This document shows, one piece after another, positions 51,792 to 61,874 of a stretch of DNA of 64,000 nt (the first letter of the stretch is position 1; every line of letters starts with the position of its first letter). The stretch comes from Chloroflexota bacterium (GTDB lineage: Bacteria > Chloroflexota > UBA11872 > VXOZ01). The DNA lies in the NCBI GenBank assembly GCA_965221905.1, contig OZ244922.1, positions 2,208,001 through 2,272,000 on the forward strand, read 5' to 3'. The notes under the pieces are model-generated. The model did not search any database. It had not been told where the DNA came from and saw nothing but the letters and a program-made list of their open reading frames with translations. Both the position numbers and the translations under genes were made by a program.

Positions 51792-52874
51792 ATGGCAGAC
51801 GCTATTCGAATCGGTGTAATTGGCACCGGTGTATTTGGAATCAGTCACCTGCGCGTCTTCAAGCAGGCGCAGAATGAAGGCCGCACCGTGCTGGTGGCGG
51901 CTTGCTCCTCTGGACGAGATCCGGCGCGGGACCAGGAACGCAAAGAGGAATTTGGCATCCCCATCTACACCGACTGGAGAGAGATGCTCGACAATGAGTC
52001 GCTGGATGCCGTGACCATCGTCACACCGGACCACCTCCATCGTGAGATGACCATCGAGGCGGCCAACCGGGGCCTGCACGTCCTGGTAGAGAAGCCGCTG
52101 GACGTAACCAGTGCCGGCTGCCGCGAGATCGTGGACGCTTGCAAGGCCAACCAAGTATTCCTCCAGGTAGACTTCCACAAGCGCTACGACCCTTACCACT
52201 TGGCCCTCGAACGGCAGTGCAACGACGGCACGCTTGGTGAGGTGCTTTATGGATACGTGCACATGGAAGACAAGATCGTCGTACCGCGCGATTGGTTTCC
52301 CCATTGGGCCGGTTCAACCAGTCCCGCTTGGTTCCTGGGCGTGCACTTCTACGACCTCGTGCGCTGGTGCATCAAGAAGGATGCAACCAAAGTCTATGCT
52401 ACCGGCCGGAAGAAGAAGCTCGCTGCTCTCGGTATCGACACCTTCGATTGCATTCAGGCCAAAGTAGAATTCGAAGGCGGCGCCAGCGTCTTCTTTGATA
52501 ACGGGTGGGTGCTCCCCGACACATTTGAAGCCATCGTAAACCAGTCAATCCGCCTGGTCGGCACTGAAGGGTTTGCGGAGGTCGACAGCCAGAACCGCGG
52601 CATGGAAGCCGCAAGCTACAAAGACGGCATGCGCACGTATAATGAGGCGTTCATGCGTGAAGAGGAAGACAAGCACGGTCAGGTCGTCTACCGCGGCTAC
52701 GGCTACGAGAGCATTCTAGATTTCGTCGACAATCTTGAATTTCTGCAAGAAGGCGGCACCATAGACCAATTAGAAGGCAGATACCCCAGTGGTGAGGATG
52801 CACTCGAAGTTACGCGGATCGCAGAGGCGGTTCACCAAAGCATTGACAGCGGATCGATTGTATCTCTGAAGTAA
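51792..52874 (+). CDS. Gfo/Idh/MocA family oxidoreductase
   Basis: GVIGTGVFG, VEKPL, HKRYDP. Confidence 0.92.
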   Translation: MADAIRIGVIGTGVFGISHLRVFKQAQNEGRTVLVAACSSGRDPARDQERKEEFGIPIYTDWREMLDNESLDAVTIVTPDHLHREMTIEAANRGLHVLVEKPLDVTSAGCREIVDACKANQVFLQVDFHKRYDPYHLALERQCNDGTLGEVLYGYVHMEDKIVVPRDWFPHWAGSTSPAWFLGVHFYDLVRWCIKKDATKVYATGRKKKLAALGIDTFDCIQAKVEFEGGASVFFDNGWVLPDTFEAIVNQSIRLVGTEGFAEVDSQNRGMEAASYKDGMRTYNEAFMREEEDKHGQVVYRGYGYESILDFVDNLEFLQEGGTIDQLEGRYPSGEDALEVTRIAEAVHQSIDSGSIVSLK

Positions 52875-52886
52875 GAGTAGCAAAAT

Positions 52887-53456
52887 ATGGAGCAGTACTT
52901 CCCAGGTTTTTACTGTTGGCAGGGCCAATACCGTCCTGGACGCGAGGCCTACAGTGTCTGGGTGGAAGGCGAGAGCGAAAACGTCCTCATCGATCCCTTT
53001 ACACCGGATGAGGGTCTCAGCCGGTTCAGTCATCCGAGCAAAGCCATCATTGTGCTGCTGACTACCGGCAACCATGAACGCGATGCTTACTCCTGCAAGC
53101 TCGCGCTACGGGCTGAGATTTGGGCCCCGGAAGCGGCATTGAGCGATATGGATATGGTGCCTGACCGGGTCTTTAGCAGTGACGATGAGCTCCCGTGCGG
53201 CATTCAGGCGTACCACCTAGAAGGCTCCCATTCGGAAGGCGAGACCGCTCTGCTCGTGCCCCGCGGCCCAGGCGTGCTCGTGATTGGCGATGGGCTGGTC
53301 GCACGCCCCGATGCAGAATGGCGCGTGTTTCAACCGCATGAGCGCGATGCCCTGCAGTCGTTACGAGATGAGGCGTTCGACGCAATTGTCACGTCTCATG
53401 GCGCGCCGGTGCTCTCCGGTGCGAAAGCAGGCCTACACGCATTCTTGGAGGCGTAG
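52887..53456 (+). CDS. MBL-fold-like protein
   Basis: VLIDP, TTGNHERD, GSHSEGE, GD, SHG. Confidence 0.7.
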   Translation: MEQYFPGFYCWQGQYRPGREAYSVWVEGESENVLIDPFTPDEGLSRFSHPSKAIIVLLTTGNHERDAYSCKLALRAEIWAPEAALSDMDMVPDRVFSSDDELPCGIQAYHLEGSHSEGETALLVPRGPGVLVIGDGLVARPDAEWRVFQPHERDALQSLRDEAFDAIVTSHGAPVLSGAKAGLHAFLEA

Positions 53457-53498
53457 CGCCTACAGGGTACGAATTGGGAGAAGTAGTGATATTCATTA

Positions 53499-53547
53499 CT
53501 AATAATGCTAATTAGGCTAACTTCACTAATCTTGCTATAATGTGAGC
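53499..53547 (+). promoter_or_regulatory. Extended -10 promoter (TGCTATAAT) with five 9-bp phased CTAA/CTAT repeats; probably leaderless
   Basis: CTAA at 53499, 53508, 53517, 53526, CTAT 53535; TATAAT 53536-53541; ATG 53548 without SD. Confidence 0.7.
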
Positions 53548-54738
53548 ATGGATCCTATTCAGAACCCATACGCACCCGGAGCAGGCACACGGCCGCCGGA
53601 ACTTGCCGGCCGAGGAGAAATCCGCGAAACCGCGCGAATTGCCTTGGAGCGCATTCGGAGAGGACGCTCCAGCAAGAGCATTATCTTGGTTGGTTTACGG
53701 GGCGTTGGCAAGACAGTACTGCTCAACCTAATACAGGAGGACGCTGCAAAGCGCAACATCTACACCGCAGAGATCGAAGCACCGGAACATCGTTCACTGC
53801 CTGCCACGCTAGCACCCTATTTGCGGAGGATAGTGCTACAACTCTCACGGAAAGAGTCATCACGGGAGCTTGCGCAACGCGCTCTGCGCGGGGTTGCCGG
53901 GTTTGTTAGCGCACTCAAAGTAAAGTACCACGATATTGAAGTTGGCCTTGACTTCCCACCCGAACCCGGCCTTGCTGACAACGGCGACCTGGAGGCCGAC
54001 CTACAGGACTTGCTTGGTGTCATTGGCGAAGCTGCACGTGCGGCGGGAAGCTGCGTAGCCCTCTTTGTCGACGAGATTCAATACGTACGCGAGGAAGAGT
54101 TGGCTGCCTTGATCATTGCCTTGCACCGCACAGCCCAGCGTCAGTTGCCCGTAACCCTTATTGGAGCCGGGCTGCCCCAGGTGCGGGGCCGCACCGGTAA
54201 AGCAAAGTCTTACGCTGAAAGGCTCTTCGACTTTCCCGAAGTCGCAGCGCTCTCACCCGCAGATGCCAGAAGCGCAATTGCCAATCCGGCACAAGCAGAA
54301 GGCGTATTGATCGAAGACGACGCACTTGATGCCATCGTGTCACAAACGAGAGGCTACCCCTATTTCCTGCAGGAGTGGGGCAAGCAGGTATGGGACTCAG
54401 CCGACTCCTCTCCCATAGACGCTTCCGTCGTACGCAACGCTGCCAAGCAGGCAATTGAGAGTCTTGACCGGAGCTTCTTCCGCGTCAGGTTTGATAGACT
54501 AACACCAGCAGAGCGTCGGTATCTCCGCGCCATGGCAGAACTAGGTCCAGGGCCGCATCGTTCTGGCGCCATTGCTCAAATACTAGGCCGGTCGGTATCA
54601 TCTTTGGCTCCGACGCGCGATAACTTGATCAATAAGGGCATGGTTTGGAGCCCAGGGCACGGGGACACAGACTTTACTGTACCGATGTTCGATGAGTTTA
54701 TGCTGCGCACGATGCCCGCGGGTAGCGGTGATAACTAG
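53548..54738 (+). CDS. AAA_16/STAND-like ATPase with C-terminal winged-helix region
   Basis: NPYAPGAG..PPELAGR, GLRGVGKT, FVDEIQ, GYPYFLQ, C-terminal IAQILGRSVSSLAPTRDNLINKGM. Confidence 0.88.
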   Translation: MDPIQNPYAPGAGTRPPELAGRGEIRETARIALERIRRGRSSKSIILVGLRGVGKTVLLNLIQEDAAKRNIYTAEIEAPEHRSLPATLAPYLRRIVLQLSRKESSRELAQRALRGVAGFVSALKVKYHDIEVGLDFPPEPGLADNGDLEADLQDLLGVIGEAARAAGSCVALFVDEIQYVREEELAALIIALHRTAQRQLPVTLIGAGLPQVRGRTGKAKSYAERLFDFPEVAALSPADARSAIANPAQAEGVLIEDDALDAIVSQTRGYPYFLQEWGKQVWDSADSSPIDASVVRNAAKQAIESLDRSFFRVRFDRLTPAERRYLRAMAELGPGPHRSGAIAQILGRSVSSLAPTRDNLINKGMVWSPGHGDTDFTVPMFDEFMLRTMPAGSGDN

Positions 54739-54893
54739 AGCCGTTGCTGTTCTGAACGCCGGGAAATCAACACAGGCCTTGATGACAAGATAGCACGATA
54801 AGATTTGCGCGAGGTTGCAAGATACGGCATACATGCACCGAGCAAACAGTTCATGAAAGTCGTCACGCGACGAGTGTCACAGGAGGAAGACCA

Positions 54894-56243
54894 ATGAAAA
54901 CTAGTGCCCGCCTACGCGGCCCAGTGATCAACACCGAGTTGCCCGGCCCACGTTCCCAGGAATTGATGGCGATTTCTGAAAAATACGAGCCCAAGTCTTC
55001 CAGTGAACAGGTGCCGATTGTGTGGAAGCATGCCGAAGGCGTCTGGGCCACCGACATGGACGACAACACGTTCTTGGACTTCACCAGCGGCGTGCTCGTT
55101 GCAAACGCAGGACACAGCCACCCACGCCTCGTGCGTGCTATGCAAGAACAGGCAGAGAAAGCCGTCAACACGTACGACTTTCTAAACGAGTGGCGCCCGC
55201 AACTTGCCAAGAAGCTTGTAGAGATCACGCCGCCGAACCTCACCCGCGCGATTGTGCTCTCCACCGGGGCAGAGACTATCGAAACGGCTATGAAGATTGC
55301 GCGCCTCTATACCGGCAAGCACGAGATCGTGGCGTTCCATGGCGCCTTTCATGGGCGCACCTTTGGTGCGATGTCGGTAAATGGCAAGCGATCCAGCCCC
55401 GGTATTAAGGGGTTTGGGCCATTCTTGCCCGGCGTCGTCTTTGCGCCTTTCCCCTACCCCTACCGCAGCATTCTCTGCCGCGGCCATGAAGACGAGTGCA
55501 GCGAACGCTGCTTCGAGTACTTCAAGTGGATCATCGAGACCGAGTCCGAAAAAGACATCGCCGCGGTGCTGGTGGAGACCTACCAGGGTTCAGCCGGTTC
55601 GATTATTGCGCCCAAGGATTGGCTGCAGAATATTGCACAGTGGTGCAAGGAGAACGGGGCGCTGCTCATCATCGATGAGGTGCAAGCCTCGTTTGGGCGG
55701 ACCGGCAAGCTATTCGGCTTCGAGCACTACGGTATTGAGCCGAATCTGCTCTGCCTGGGCAAAGGCATCTCATCCACCGTACCGGTCTCGGCTGTTGTAG
55801 GTGAAGAAGACATCATGAATACTTTGACTCCCGGGTCGGTTTCCAGCACCCACGGCGGCAATGCCTTTTCCAGCCGCGTCGCTCTGGAAAACATCAACGT
55901 GATTTTGGAAGAGAAACTGCCCGAGAATGCCGCCCACATTGGTGCATTGCTCGACGCGCGTTTCCGCTCTATGCAAAGCAAGTACCCCGTCATTGGTGAG
56001 GTGCGCGGTCTTGGCTTGGTCTTCGGCATCGAGTTCGTCAAAGACCCCGAGACCCGTGAGCCGGCACCTGAAATGACCCAGGCCATCATAGACGAAGCCT
56101 TTCAGCGCGGGATCGTGATGATCGCACCGATTGGGTTCTACGGCAATGTAATACGCATCGCCCCGCCGCTCGTCATGACGGAGGAAGAGGCGCAACTGGG
56201 CGCGGACCTGCTCGAAGAGGCGATTGCGGCCGTAGTCGGTTGA
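54894..56243 (+). CDS. Class III PLP aminotransferase (4-aminobutyrate aminotransferase-like)
   Basis: DFTSG, AFHGRT, DEVQ..FGRTG, GKG, RIAPPL; AGGAGG RBS. Confidence 0.93.
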   Translation: MKTSARLRGPVINTELPGPRSQELMAISEKYEPKSSSEQVPIVWKHAEGVWATDMDDNTFLDFTSGVLVANAGHSHPRLVRAMQEQAEKAVNTYDFLNEWRPQLAKKLVEITPPNLTRAIVLSTGAETIETAMKIARLYTGKHEIVAFHGAFHGRTFGAMSVNGKRSSPGIKGFGPFLPGVVFAPFPYPYRSILCRGHEDECSERCFEYFKWIIETESEKDIAAVLVETYQGSAGSIIAPKDWLQNIAQWCKENGALLIIDEVQASFGRTGKLFGFEHYGIEPNLLCLGKGISSTVPVSAVVGEEDIMNTLTPGSVSSTHGGNAFSSRVALENINVILEEKLPENAAHIGALLDARFRSMQSKYPVIGEVRGLGLVFGIEFVKDPETREPAPEMTQAIIDEAFQRGIVMIAPIGFYGNVIRIAPPLVMTEEEAQLGADLLEEAIAAVVG

Positions 56244-56320
56244 TGCGAAGAACGCGAGAGATATCAATTGCGAAGTCCGTCAGAATCTCAAAGATCCTTT
56301 CATTTGGCTTGCTGGATGGT

Positions 56321-56353
56321 CCGTACATGGTTCGACAAGCTCACCACGAACGG
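56321..56353 (-). repeat. REP-like palindromic element, copy 2
   Basis: Reverse complement CCGTTCGTGGT-GAGCTTGTCGA-ACCATGTACGG; matches 18795-18827. Confidence 0.8.
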
Positions 56354-56383
56354 ACGGCACTCCGATACACTCAGAGCGATCGT

Positions 56384-56459
56384 TTGGAAGACTGACTGGC
56401 AATTGAAAGATAGACTGGTAATTGGAAGATTGATTGGCTATTGGAAGACTGGCTGGCTA
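56384..56459. repeat. Degenerate tandem repeat, 4 x 19 bp (consensus TTGGAAGAYTGACTGGCWA)
   Basis: Units at 56384, 56403, 56422, 56441. Confidence 0.8.
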
Positions 56460-56509
56460 ACAGAATGGAACGAGCCAGTGCTAGTTTACTCTGAATAGGA
56501 GAAGACATT

Positions 56510-56932
56510 ATGTCAGACCTGCTTACTACCGATTTCAACTACCTTGCCATCCTCGTGGCAGGCATTTCCAACATGGTAATCGGGTTCTTGTGGTACGGGC
56601 CAATATTTGGAAAGATGTGGATGGGCTTGATTGGCAAGACTGCTGACGAACTGAGTTCAAACCCTATTATCTATGTTGTCTCCTTCTTGCTCTCGCTCTT
56701 GATGGCGGTCGTGCTCTCCATCTTCATTCACCACGTCAACGCGAGCATCCAGTCGATGACTCTTCTCATCGGCCTTCTCGTGGCCCTGCTTGCATGGGTT
56801 GGCTTCGTCGGCCCGGCGACGTTTCAGAACAACATGTACTCAGGGATCTCGAAGCGGCTCTTTGTGATTGACTATGGCTACGTGTTGGTCGCTTTACTGG
56901 TCCAAGGAGCTATCATCGGCGTGTGGCGCTGA
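56510..56932 (+). CDS. DUF1761-like membrane protein
   Basis: NYLAILVA...IGFLWYGP.FGK.W; four TM helices; IDYGY. Confidence 0.8.
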   Translation: MSDLLTTDFNYLAILVAGISNMVIGFLWYGPIFGKMWMGLIGKTADELSSNPIIYVVSFLLSLLMAVVLSIFIHHVNASIQSMTLLIGLLVALLAWVGFVGPATFQNNMYSGISKRLFVIDYGYVLVALLVQGAIIGVWR

Positions 56933-56987
56933 AGCAGGAAAGTTCAGCGCTTCGACTACTTTCACCACTTTGCGCTTGAGCAACACC

Positions 56988-57772
56988 ATAGACGACACCG
57001 AGATTACAAGAGTGCAGTCCAACACCCTCCCCTAGCATGGCGATGCCAGAGCGACCATCGAAGCCCTGCTTCCACTCCTCATCGAGGCCGGGGCGAGAGG
57101 TCGCTCGTCGCCCGCCGAAGCGGTGAGCGCGGCACGCCGCCTGATCGCCTATCACGACATCAGGCTCAAGGAACCCAGTATCCGATTCTGGATACAATGC
57201 GAAACTGCATCCCGGAAGATACCTTCATCGTCTGGGATGTCATCCAGTTCGGCTACTACGCCCGCACCAACTACCAAGTGAACCATCCCAAGACCTTCAT
57301 CGATTCCGGCTACTCATTCAACCTCGGATTTTCCTTCCCTGCAGCCATGGGCGTGAAGGTAGCTGAACCCAACCGCCCCGTGGTGTGTGTCATTGGAGAC
57401 GGCGGATTCATGTTTAATTCCCCGGAACTTTCTACGTCGGTCCGGTACGGAATCAATACAACAACCGTCGTCTTCCGAGACGACTCTTACGGCAACGTTG
57501 CCTACGACCTGGACGAGTTCTTTGGCGGATCATACGAAACCGAATTGCTTAACCCGGACCTCGTCGCGTTCGCCGAGTTATTCGGTGCGATCGGCATGCG
57601 GGCGAACGACCCCATGGAGCTGGAAACGCTGCTTCCGCTTGCGCTGGAACGCCAAGCGCCGGTTGTCATTGACGTACCTGTCGGCAACATGCCTCTGCCG
57701 CGCGCTAAGCTGTTGGAGCATCTCCCCTCTGTGCCCTGGGTTGTGCCTCAGGAAGGGCTGATTGAGTCTTAA
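56988..57772 (+). pseudogene. 5'-truncated, disrupted ThDP-dependent enzyme (acetolactate synthase-like)
   Basis: IDDTEITRVQSNTLP*HGDARATIEALL (TAG 57033), frameshift near 57175 (RLKEP/QYPILDTM), then intact GDGG..DDSYG ThDP-binding domain; N-terminal domain absent. Confidence 0.8.
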
Positions 57773-57997
57773 GTGACTGCAATTGGGCACTGCCGGGGGG
57801 TTTCCCACAAGGGGAGTCTATCTGGCAGCACTATCTGGATCCGGCTCGGCACAGAGACTAAAATGTGTGCCAACTCCGGGAGAGGCGCTGGAGCTGCTGC
57901 GCCACTGTTGGTTCGCGCTCGGAGCTTATTCCAATCTGGTGATTCGTGTTAGCGGCAAGTTGGCGGTGGGTAGAGGTCCATAGCTGACGGTCAAGCG

Positions 57998-59542
57998 CTA
58001 TTCACGGAGCGCCTTCATCACTAACGGGATCTCGCTGAGCAAGTCCGAGGCTAACAATCCGCTTGCGCCCAGGCGAGAACGCACCCGTTCGCCGGTTTCA
58101 CCGTGAATGAAGGCTCCCGCCACCGCTGCCTCTTGCGGACTGACGGCCTGTGCAAGCAAGCCAGCTATGATTCCTGCCAGCACGTCGCCGGTACCAGCAG
58201 TCGCGAGGGCCGGATTGCGGTGAGGGTTGATGTAGGTCGTGCCGTCAGGCGCCGCGGCAATGCTCGGCGCGCCTTTCGCCAAAACCACAACCCCCCATTC
58301 AGCCGCGCACTGCGGCGCCAACTGCAGCCGCTCCGCATCTACGGCCGCGGCCGGTTGCTGGAGAAGGCGGCCGAGCTCACCGGCGTGGGGCGTGAGAATC
58401 GTGTGGGTTGGCAGAGCATCGCCCAAGTCTAGTCCGGCAAGCGCATTGATGCCGTCGGCGTCAAGCACCAGCGGCGGCGAATCTGCGGCACGATGGAGTT
58501 CGCCCACAAGCTCACGCACGAATTCATACGTCTTAGGATCATCGCCCAAACCACAGCCCATAAGCAACGCGCGGTACCGCGGCAGCGCTTGCTTGATCGG
58601 TCCTAGGGCATCAGGAGTGAGATGTCCGGCTTCATCGGGAAGCGGCAAGAACGTGCACTCAGTGGCTTTCGCCGCAACTATGGGGTGGAGTGAAGCAGGC
58701 AATGCTAGGGTAACGAGACCCGCGCCGGCGCGCGCCGCTGCCGCTGCACTTAGATAGGCTGCCCCGACATAACGCGTAGACCCGGCCACGACCAGCACGC
58801 GACCAAAAGAGCCTTTATGCGCGGTAACAGGGCGTGCTGGCAAGAAGCCCCGCACCTGAGAAGCCGTTGTGCGTTGAAGCGGTAAGGGGTCTGCCCACTC
58901 GTGCGGGATTCCTATGTCCGCAATGAATACCTCACCGGCACAGTCAGCACCTTTGCCGACAAAGCAGCCGGGCTTTGAAAGGCCCGTGGCCAGAGTGAAG
59001 TGCGCCTGGAATGCCTGCGCATCCGCTTCGCCGGTATCCGCATTGATCCCGCTGGGAATATCCACTGCCACGCGAAGCACCTCCGGTGAGAGCCCCCTAT
59101 GCAGTACGGTGAGCACTTCAAGAACGCTGCCACGGAGGGGTGGCGTCGCGCCTGTCCCAAGCAACGCGTCCAGCACACTGTCCGCTGTTGCCAACCATTG
59201 ATCGAGAAGCTGCGCACTGTCGCTTTCTCCGTGACTAGCTACGGGGATGCCAACGGCCAGTGCCCGCGTGAGGTTTACGTCATTGGTGCGACCACGGGTG
59301 AGGTAGACAAAGGGTTTAATTCCAGCCCGCTGGAGGTGATAGGCAGCCACTAAGCCGTCGCCGCCGTTGTTGCCTGAGCCGGCGAGGATGAGCACCCGAT
59401 TCCCGGTAACAACCTGCCCCTTCTGCCTGAGCAATGACGCAATGTTGTATCCGGCAAGTTCCATGAGGGTGCGTTCATCCATGCCGAGGGCGCCGGCATC
59501 AGCCTCCAGTCTTCGCATTGCCGCAGTGTGGGCCAGTTTCAC
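57998..59542 (-). CDS. nnr: Bifunctional NAD(P)H-hydrate epimerase/dehydratase
   Basis: GSGNNGGDG, DIPSG, HKGSFG, DADG, TPHAGE, AGTGDVL. Confidence 0.96.
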   Translation of the reverse strand: MKLAHTAAMRRLEADAGALGMDERTLMELAGYNIASLLRQKGQVVTGNRVLILAGSGNNGGDGLVAAYHLQRAGIKPFVYLTRGRTNDVNLTRALAVGIPVASHGESDSAQLLDQWLATADSVLDALLGTGATPPLRGSVLEVLTVLHRGLSPEVLRVAVDIPSGINADTGEADAQAFQAHFTLATGLSKPGCFVGKGADCAGEVFIADIGIPHEWADPLPLQRTTASQVRGFLPARPVTAHKGSFGRVLVVAGSTRYVGAAYLSAAAAARAGAGLVTLALPASLHPIVAAKATECTFLPLPDEAGHLTPDALGPIKQALPRYRALLMGCGLGDDPKTYEFVRELVGELHRAADSPPLVLDADGINALAGLDLGDALPTHTILTPHAGELGRLLQQPAAAVDAERLQLAPQCAAEWGVVVLAKGAPSIAAAPDGTTYINPHRNPALATAGTGDVLAGIIAGLLAQAVSPQEAAVAGAFIHGETGERVRSRLGASGLLASDLLSEIPLVMKALRE

Positions 59543-59819
59543 TCTTTAGGCTCCTCAGCGCCTGTTTCGCATTACTTCAAAGCGATAATCGGCAGTGCAG
59601 ACTCATGCACCTGCTCACCATTTTCAAAGACGCGATCTCTCATAGTGATACGTGACAACGGCCTAAGCAAAGAGTGCGTCGACAACATGCGGCTACCCGC
59701 TCTTCTCAAATCAATGACGAATCAGCCGCAAACAGAAAGAGCTCTGTTTTTTCAAGGATGGGCCTAAAAAAGCTTGAGGTTGGCCTCATCTCTGCCATAA
59801 CCTACCTGCCCTCTCAACG

Positions 59820-60665
59820 CTACGTAGCCACCACAACCGCCATGGCAAGGTCGCGGCTGTGGCTCAAACTAACAGCAAAGTAACGCAGATTTAACGCACG
59901 CGCACGCGCCGCCGCCGCTCCATGCAGGTAAACCAACGGCTTGCCGCGCACATCGGGCAGAATTTCCATTTCGCGCCAGCGAATGCCCCAAATACCGGTG
60001 CCCAATGCTTTCGAGACCGCCTCCTTCGCCGCAAAACGCGCCGCAAGTTCCGGTACTCGGCCGCGATAGAGCGCCTGCTCCGCTTCCGTATAAACGCGTC
60101 GAAGAAACCGCTCTCCGTAGCGCTCGACAATGCGAGCAATCCGTGGAATCTCTACTATGTCGACACCAGTGCTAGGCCCGCCTTCCGCAGGCAGCAAACT
60201 TGCTTCGCTCGTACCAGATGGTGAAGGACGGATTAGTCCTCTTCCCGCAATCGTATCAGCAACAATACTTTTCGCGAAAATCTCAGCTTCACCGTCCTCT
60301 GCATCGACAATCACCGCGCGTCGAACGATTCCTTGAGAACGTGTCGGTTTCTGCAAGAGAAAGAGATAGAGTGGAGCTGCAATCTGATTGAAGGCGGTCA
60401 GCAGTGAGGACACGTCTTCCAAATGCGGCCAGACAACCACGCTTGTTCCACCGTGCGCCGCAATTCTCTCAGCGCTTGCCGCCATTGTTTCGGCAAGCCA
60501 CGACACCCCTCTACTACCTACTTCCCCCCGGCTAGAGTCTGTTACTTGGTTTCCAATGGGGGCAAAGTAGCCCGGCATCAACACCGCAGTCTGCGCCAAT
60601 CGTCGTGCAATTGCCTTGCCAAACTGCGCGCCCAACGCAGCATCTCCGGCCAAGACGACAATCAT
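59820..60665 (-). CDS. acpS: Holo-ACP synthase with about 160-aa N-terminal extension
   Basis: C-terminal GVDIVE, RFAAKEA.SKALGTG, SLSH; start overlaps upstream stop (ATGA). Confidence 0.88.
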   Translation of the reverse strand: MIVVLAGDAALGAQFGKAIARRLAQTAVLMPGYFAPIGNQVTDSSRGEVGSRGVSWLAETMAASAERIAAHGGTSVVVWPHLEDVSSLLTAFNQIAAPLYLFLLQKPTRSQGIVRRAVIVDAEDGEAEIFAKSIVADTIAGRGLIRPSPSGTSEASLLPAEGGPSTGVDIVEIPRIARIVERYGERFLRRVYTEAEQALYRGRVPELAARFAAKEAVSKALGTGIWGIRWREMEILPDVRGKPLVYLHGAAAARARALNLRYFAVSLSHSRDLAMAVVVAT

Positions 60666-61873
60666 TCCCCAACCAGGCTTACATGTTGGATCGCGCCATC
60701 ATACGACCACCCGGTTGACACTATTTCTACCGTGCGGATAAATGTTGGTCGTGGCGTCAATTCGACTAGGTCGATTTCATAAACGTACCACTCGTCCCGA
60801 GGCACGATTGTTGCGCCTCTAGTGGAATACCGCTCATCCGTAGGCAAATCGTAATAGAAACCGTGGTACCAAGGTGTCTCACCGCCGGAAATGTTCCGGA
60901 AGAGAACACGCACCATAATCGGGTATTCTGTTCCGGCAGTCCCACCGCCGGGAAGACTCTGATATATCGCCTTCACCCGCACCGTCAGAATTAGCTCTTC
61001 GAAGTCCCACACGGGGCGGTTGATCTGCTGCACGAGAATAGTGTGGCCGTTTCCGTCACCTGTACGCTTGAAGTAAACACCGTCTGACTGCGGCGTGATG
61101 ATGCCCCTGGGAGGGCGTTCGGAACGATCCTCTTCCCTCCAAGTGTCCTCCCAATCCGGCGAAAGCGCCGTAAAGTCGCCCATCTGGATCAGGTCTTGTG
61201 GGGCTGGCAGCGGCTCCGCGGGCAAGCGGCCGTCCTCCGTTGTCGCCCGCTCTCCGGCAGAGAGCGCCAACAACCGCTGACCGTCACTCACCACCGCGTT
61301 GCCTAAGCGGGCAGCAAGTGAATCGCGAGATTCCGAAATCACCTCGACGGCGAAACTACCTTCCTGCAATGTGGCCAAGAGCGTCGGTGTGCGTACCAGG
61401 AAAGTGCGCTTTTCGGGTGCTAAGACTGGCGCGACAGCTATGCGGCTATACCCCTCCACCTGCTCTACCAGGATTTGCATCTTCTCAGGCCTATACCGCA
61501 CAAGATTGGACGCAACAAGCCTTACCTCACTATCCGGGTACAAATGAATAGTACTGCCGTCCGGCATTTCCAAGAACGCTCGAGCAGTCTCGTGGGTACT
61601 GATGCTATCCCCTGGGTTGAGATGGGTTGCCTCAGATCGCACGACCCAACTCGGTGAACCCGCCGTGAGAACATATACTTGACCGCTTATGACGCGCACC
61701 GGCACCGATACGTCTTGCCGAATGCGCTCAATGGCCCAATCAACTGCGAGCGGGACAGTAAAGACAAGGAGCAAGAAGACAAGAAAGCTGACGATCAGTG
61801 TCGCCCAGGCCAACCGCTGCAGCTCGCGGTATTGACGGCTTGCAGACACCTGTGTAGCGATGAACTGTTGCAT
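60662..61873 (-). CDS. Membrane-anchored FecR-like domain protein with C-terminal carbohydrate-binding-like domain
   Basis: N-terminal TM; LNPGDSIST..A.LEMPDGSTIHL FecR-like pattern; VRTP. Confidence 0.65.
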   Translation of the reverse strand: MQQFIATQVSASRQYRELQRLAWATLIVSFLVFLLLVFTVPLAVDWAIERIRQDVSVPVRVISGQVYVLTAGSPSWVVRSEATHLNPGDSISTHETARAFLEMPDGSTIHLYPDSEVRLVASNLVRYRPEKMQILVEQVEGYSRIAVAPVLAPEKRTFLVRTPTLLATLQEGSFAVEVISESRDSLAARLGNAVVSDGQRLLALSAGERATTEDGRLPAEPLPAPQDLIQMGDFTALSPDWEDTWREEDRSERPPRGIITPQSDGVYFKRTGDGNGHTILVQQINRPVWDFEELILTVRVKAIYQSLPGGGTAGTEYPIMVRVLFRNISGGETPWYHGFYYDLPTDERYSTRGATIVPRDEWYVYEIDLVELTPRPTFIRTVEIVSTGWSYDGAIQHVSLVGE

Positions 61874-61874
61874 G

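Noticed and set aside
57033-57035. In-frame TAG as pyrrolysine recoding
   Set aside because: The same gene has a frameshift and lacks its N-terminal domain; ordinary decay is simpler.
59543-59819. Hairpin and 30-codon ORF between acpS and nnr as riboswitch or leader peptide
   Set aside because: No recognisable aptamer consensus or biased codon content.
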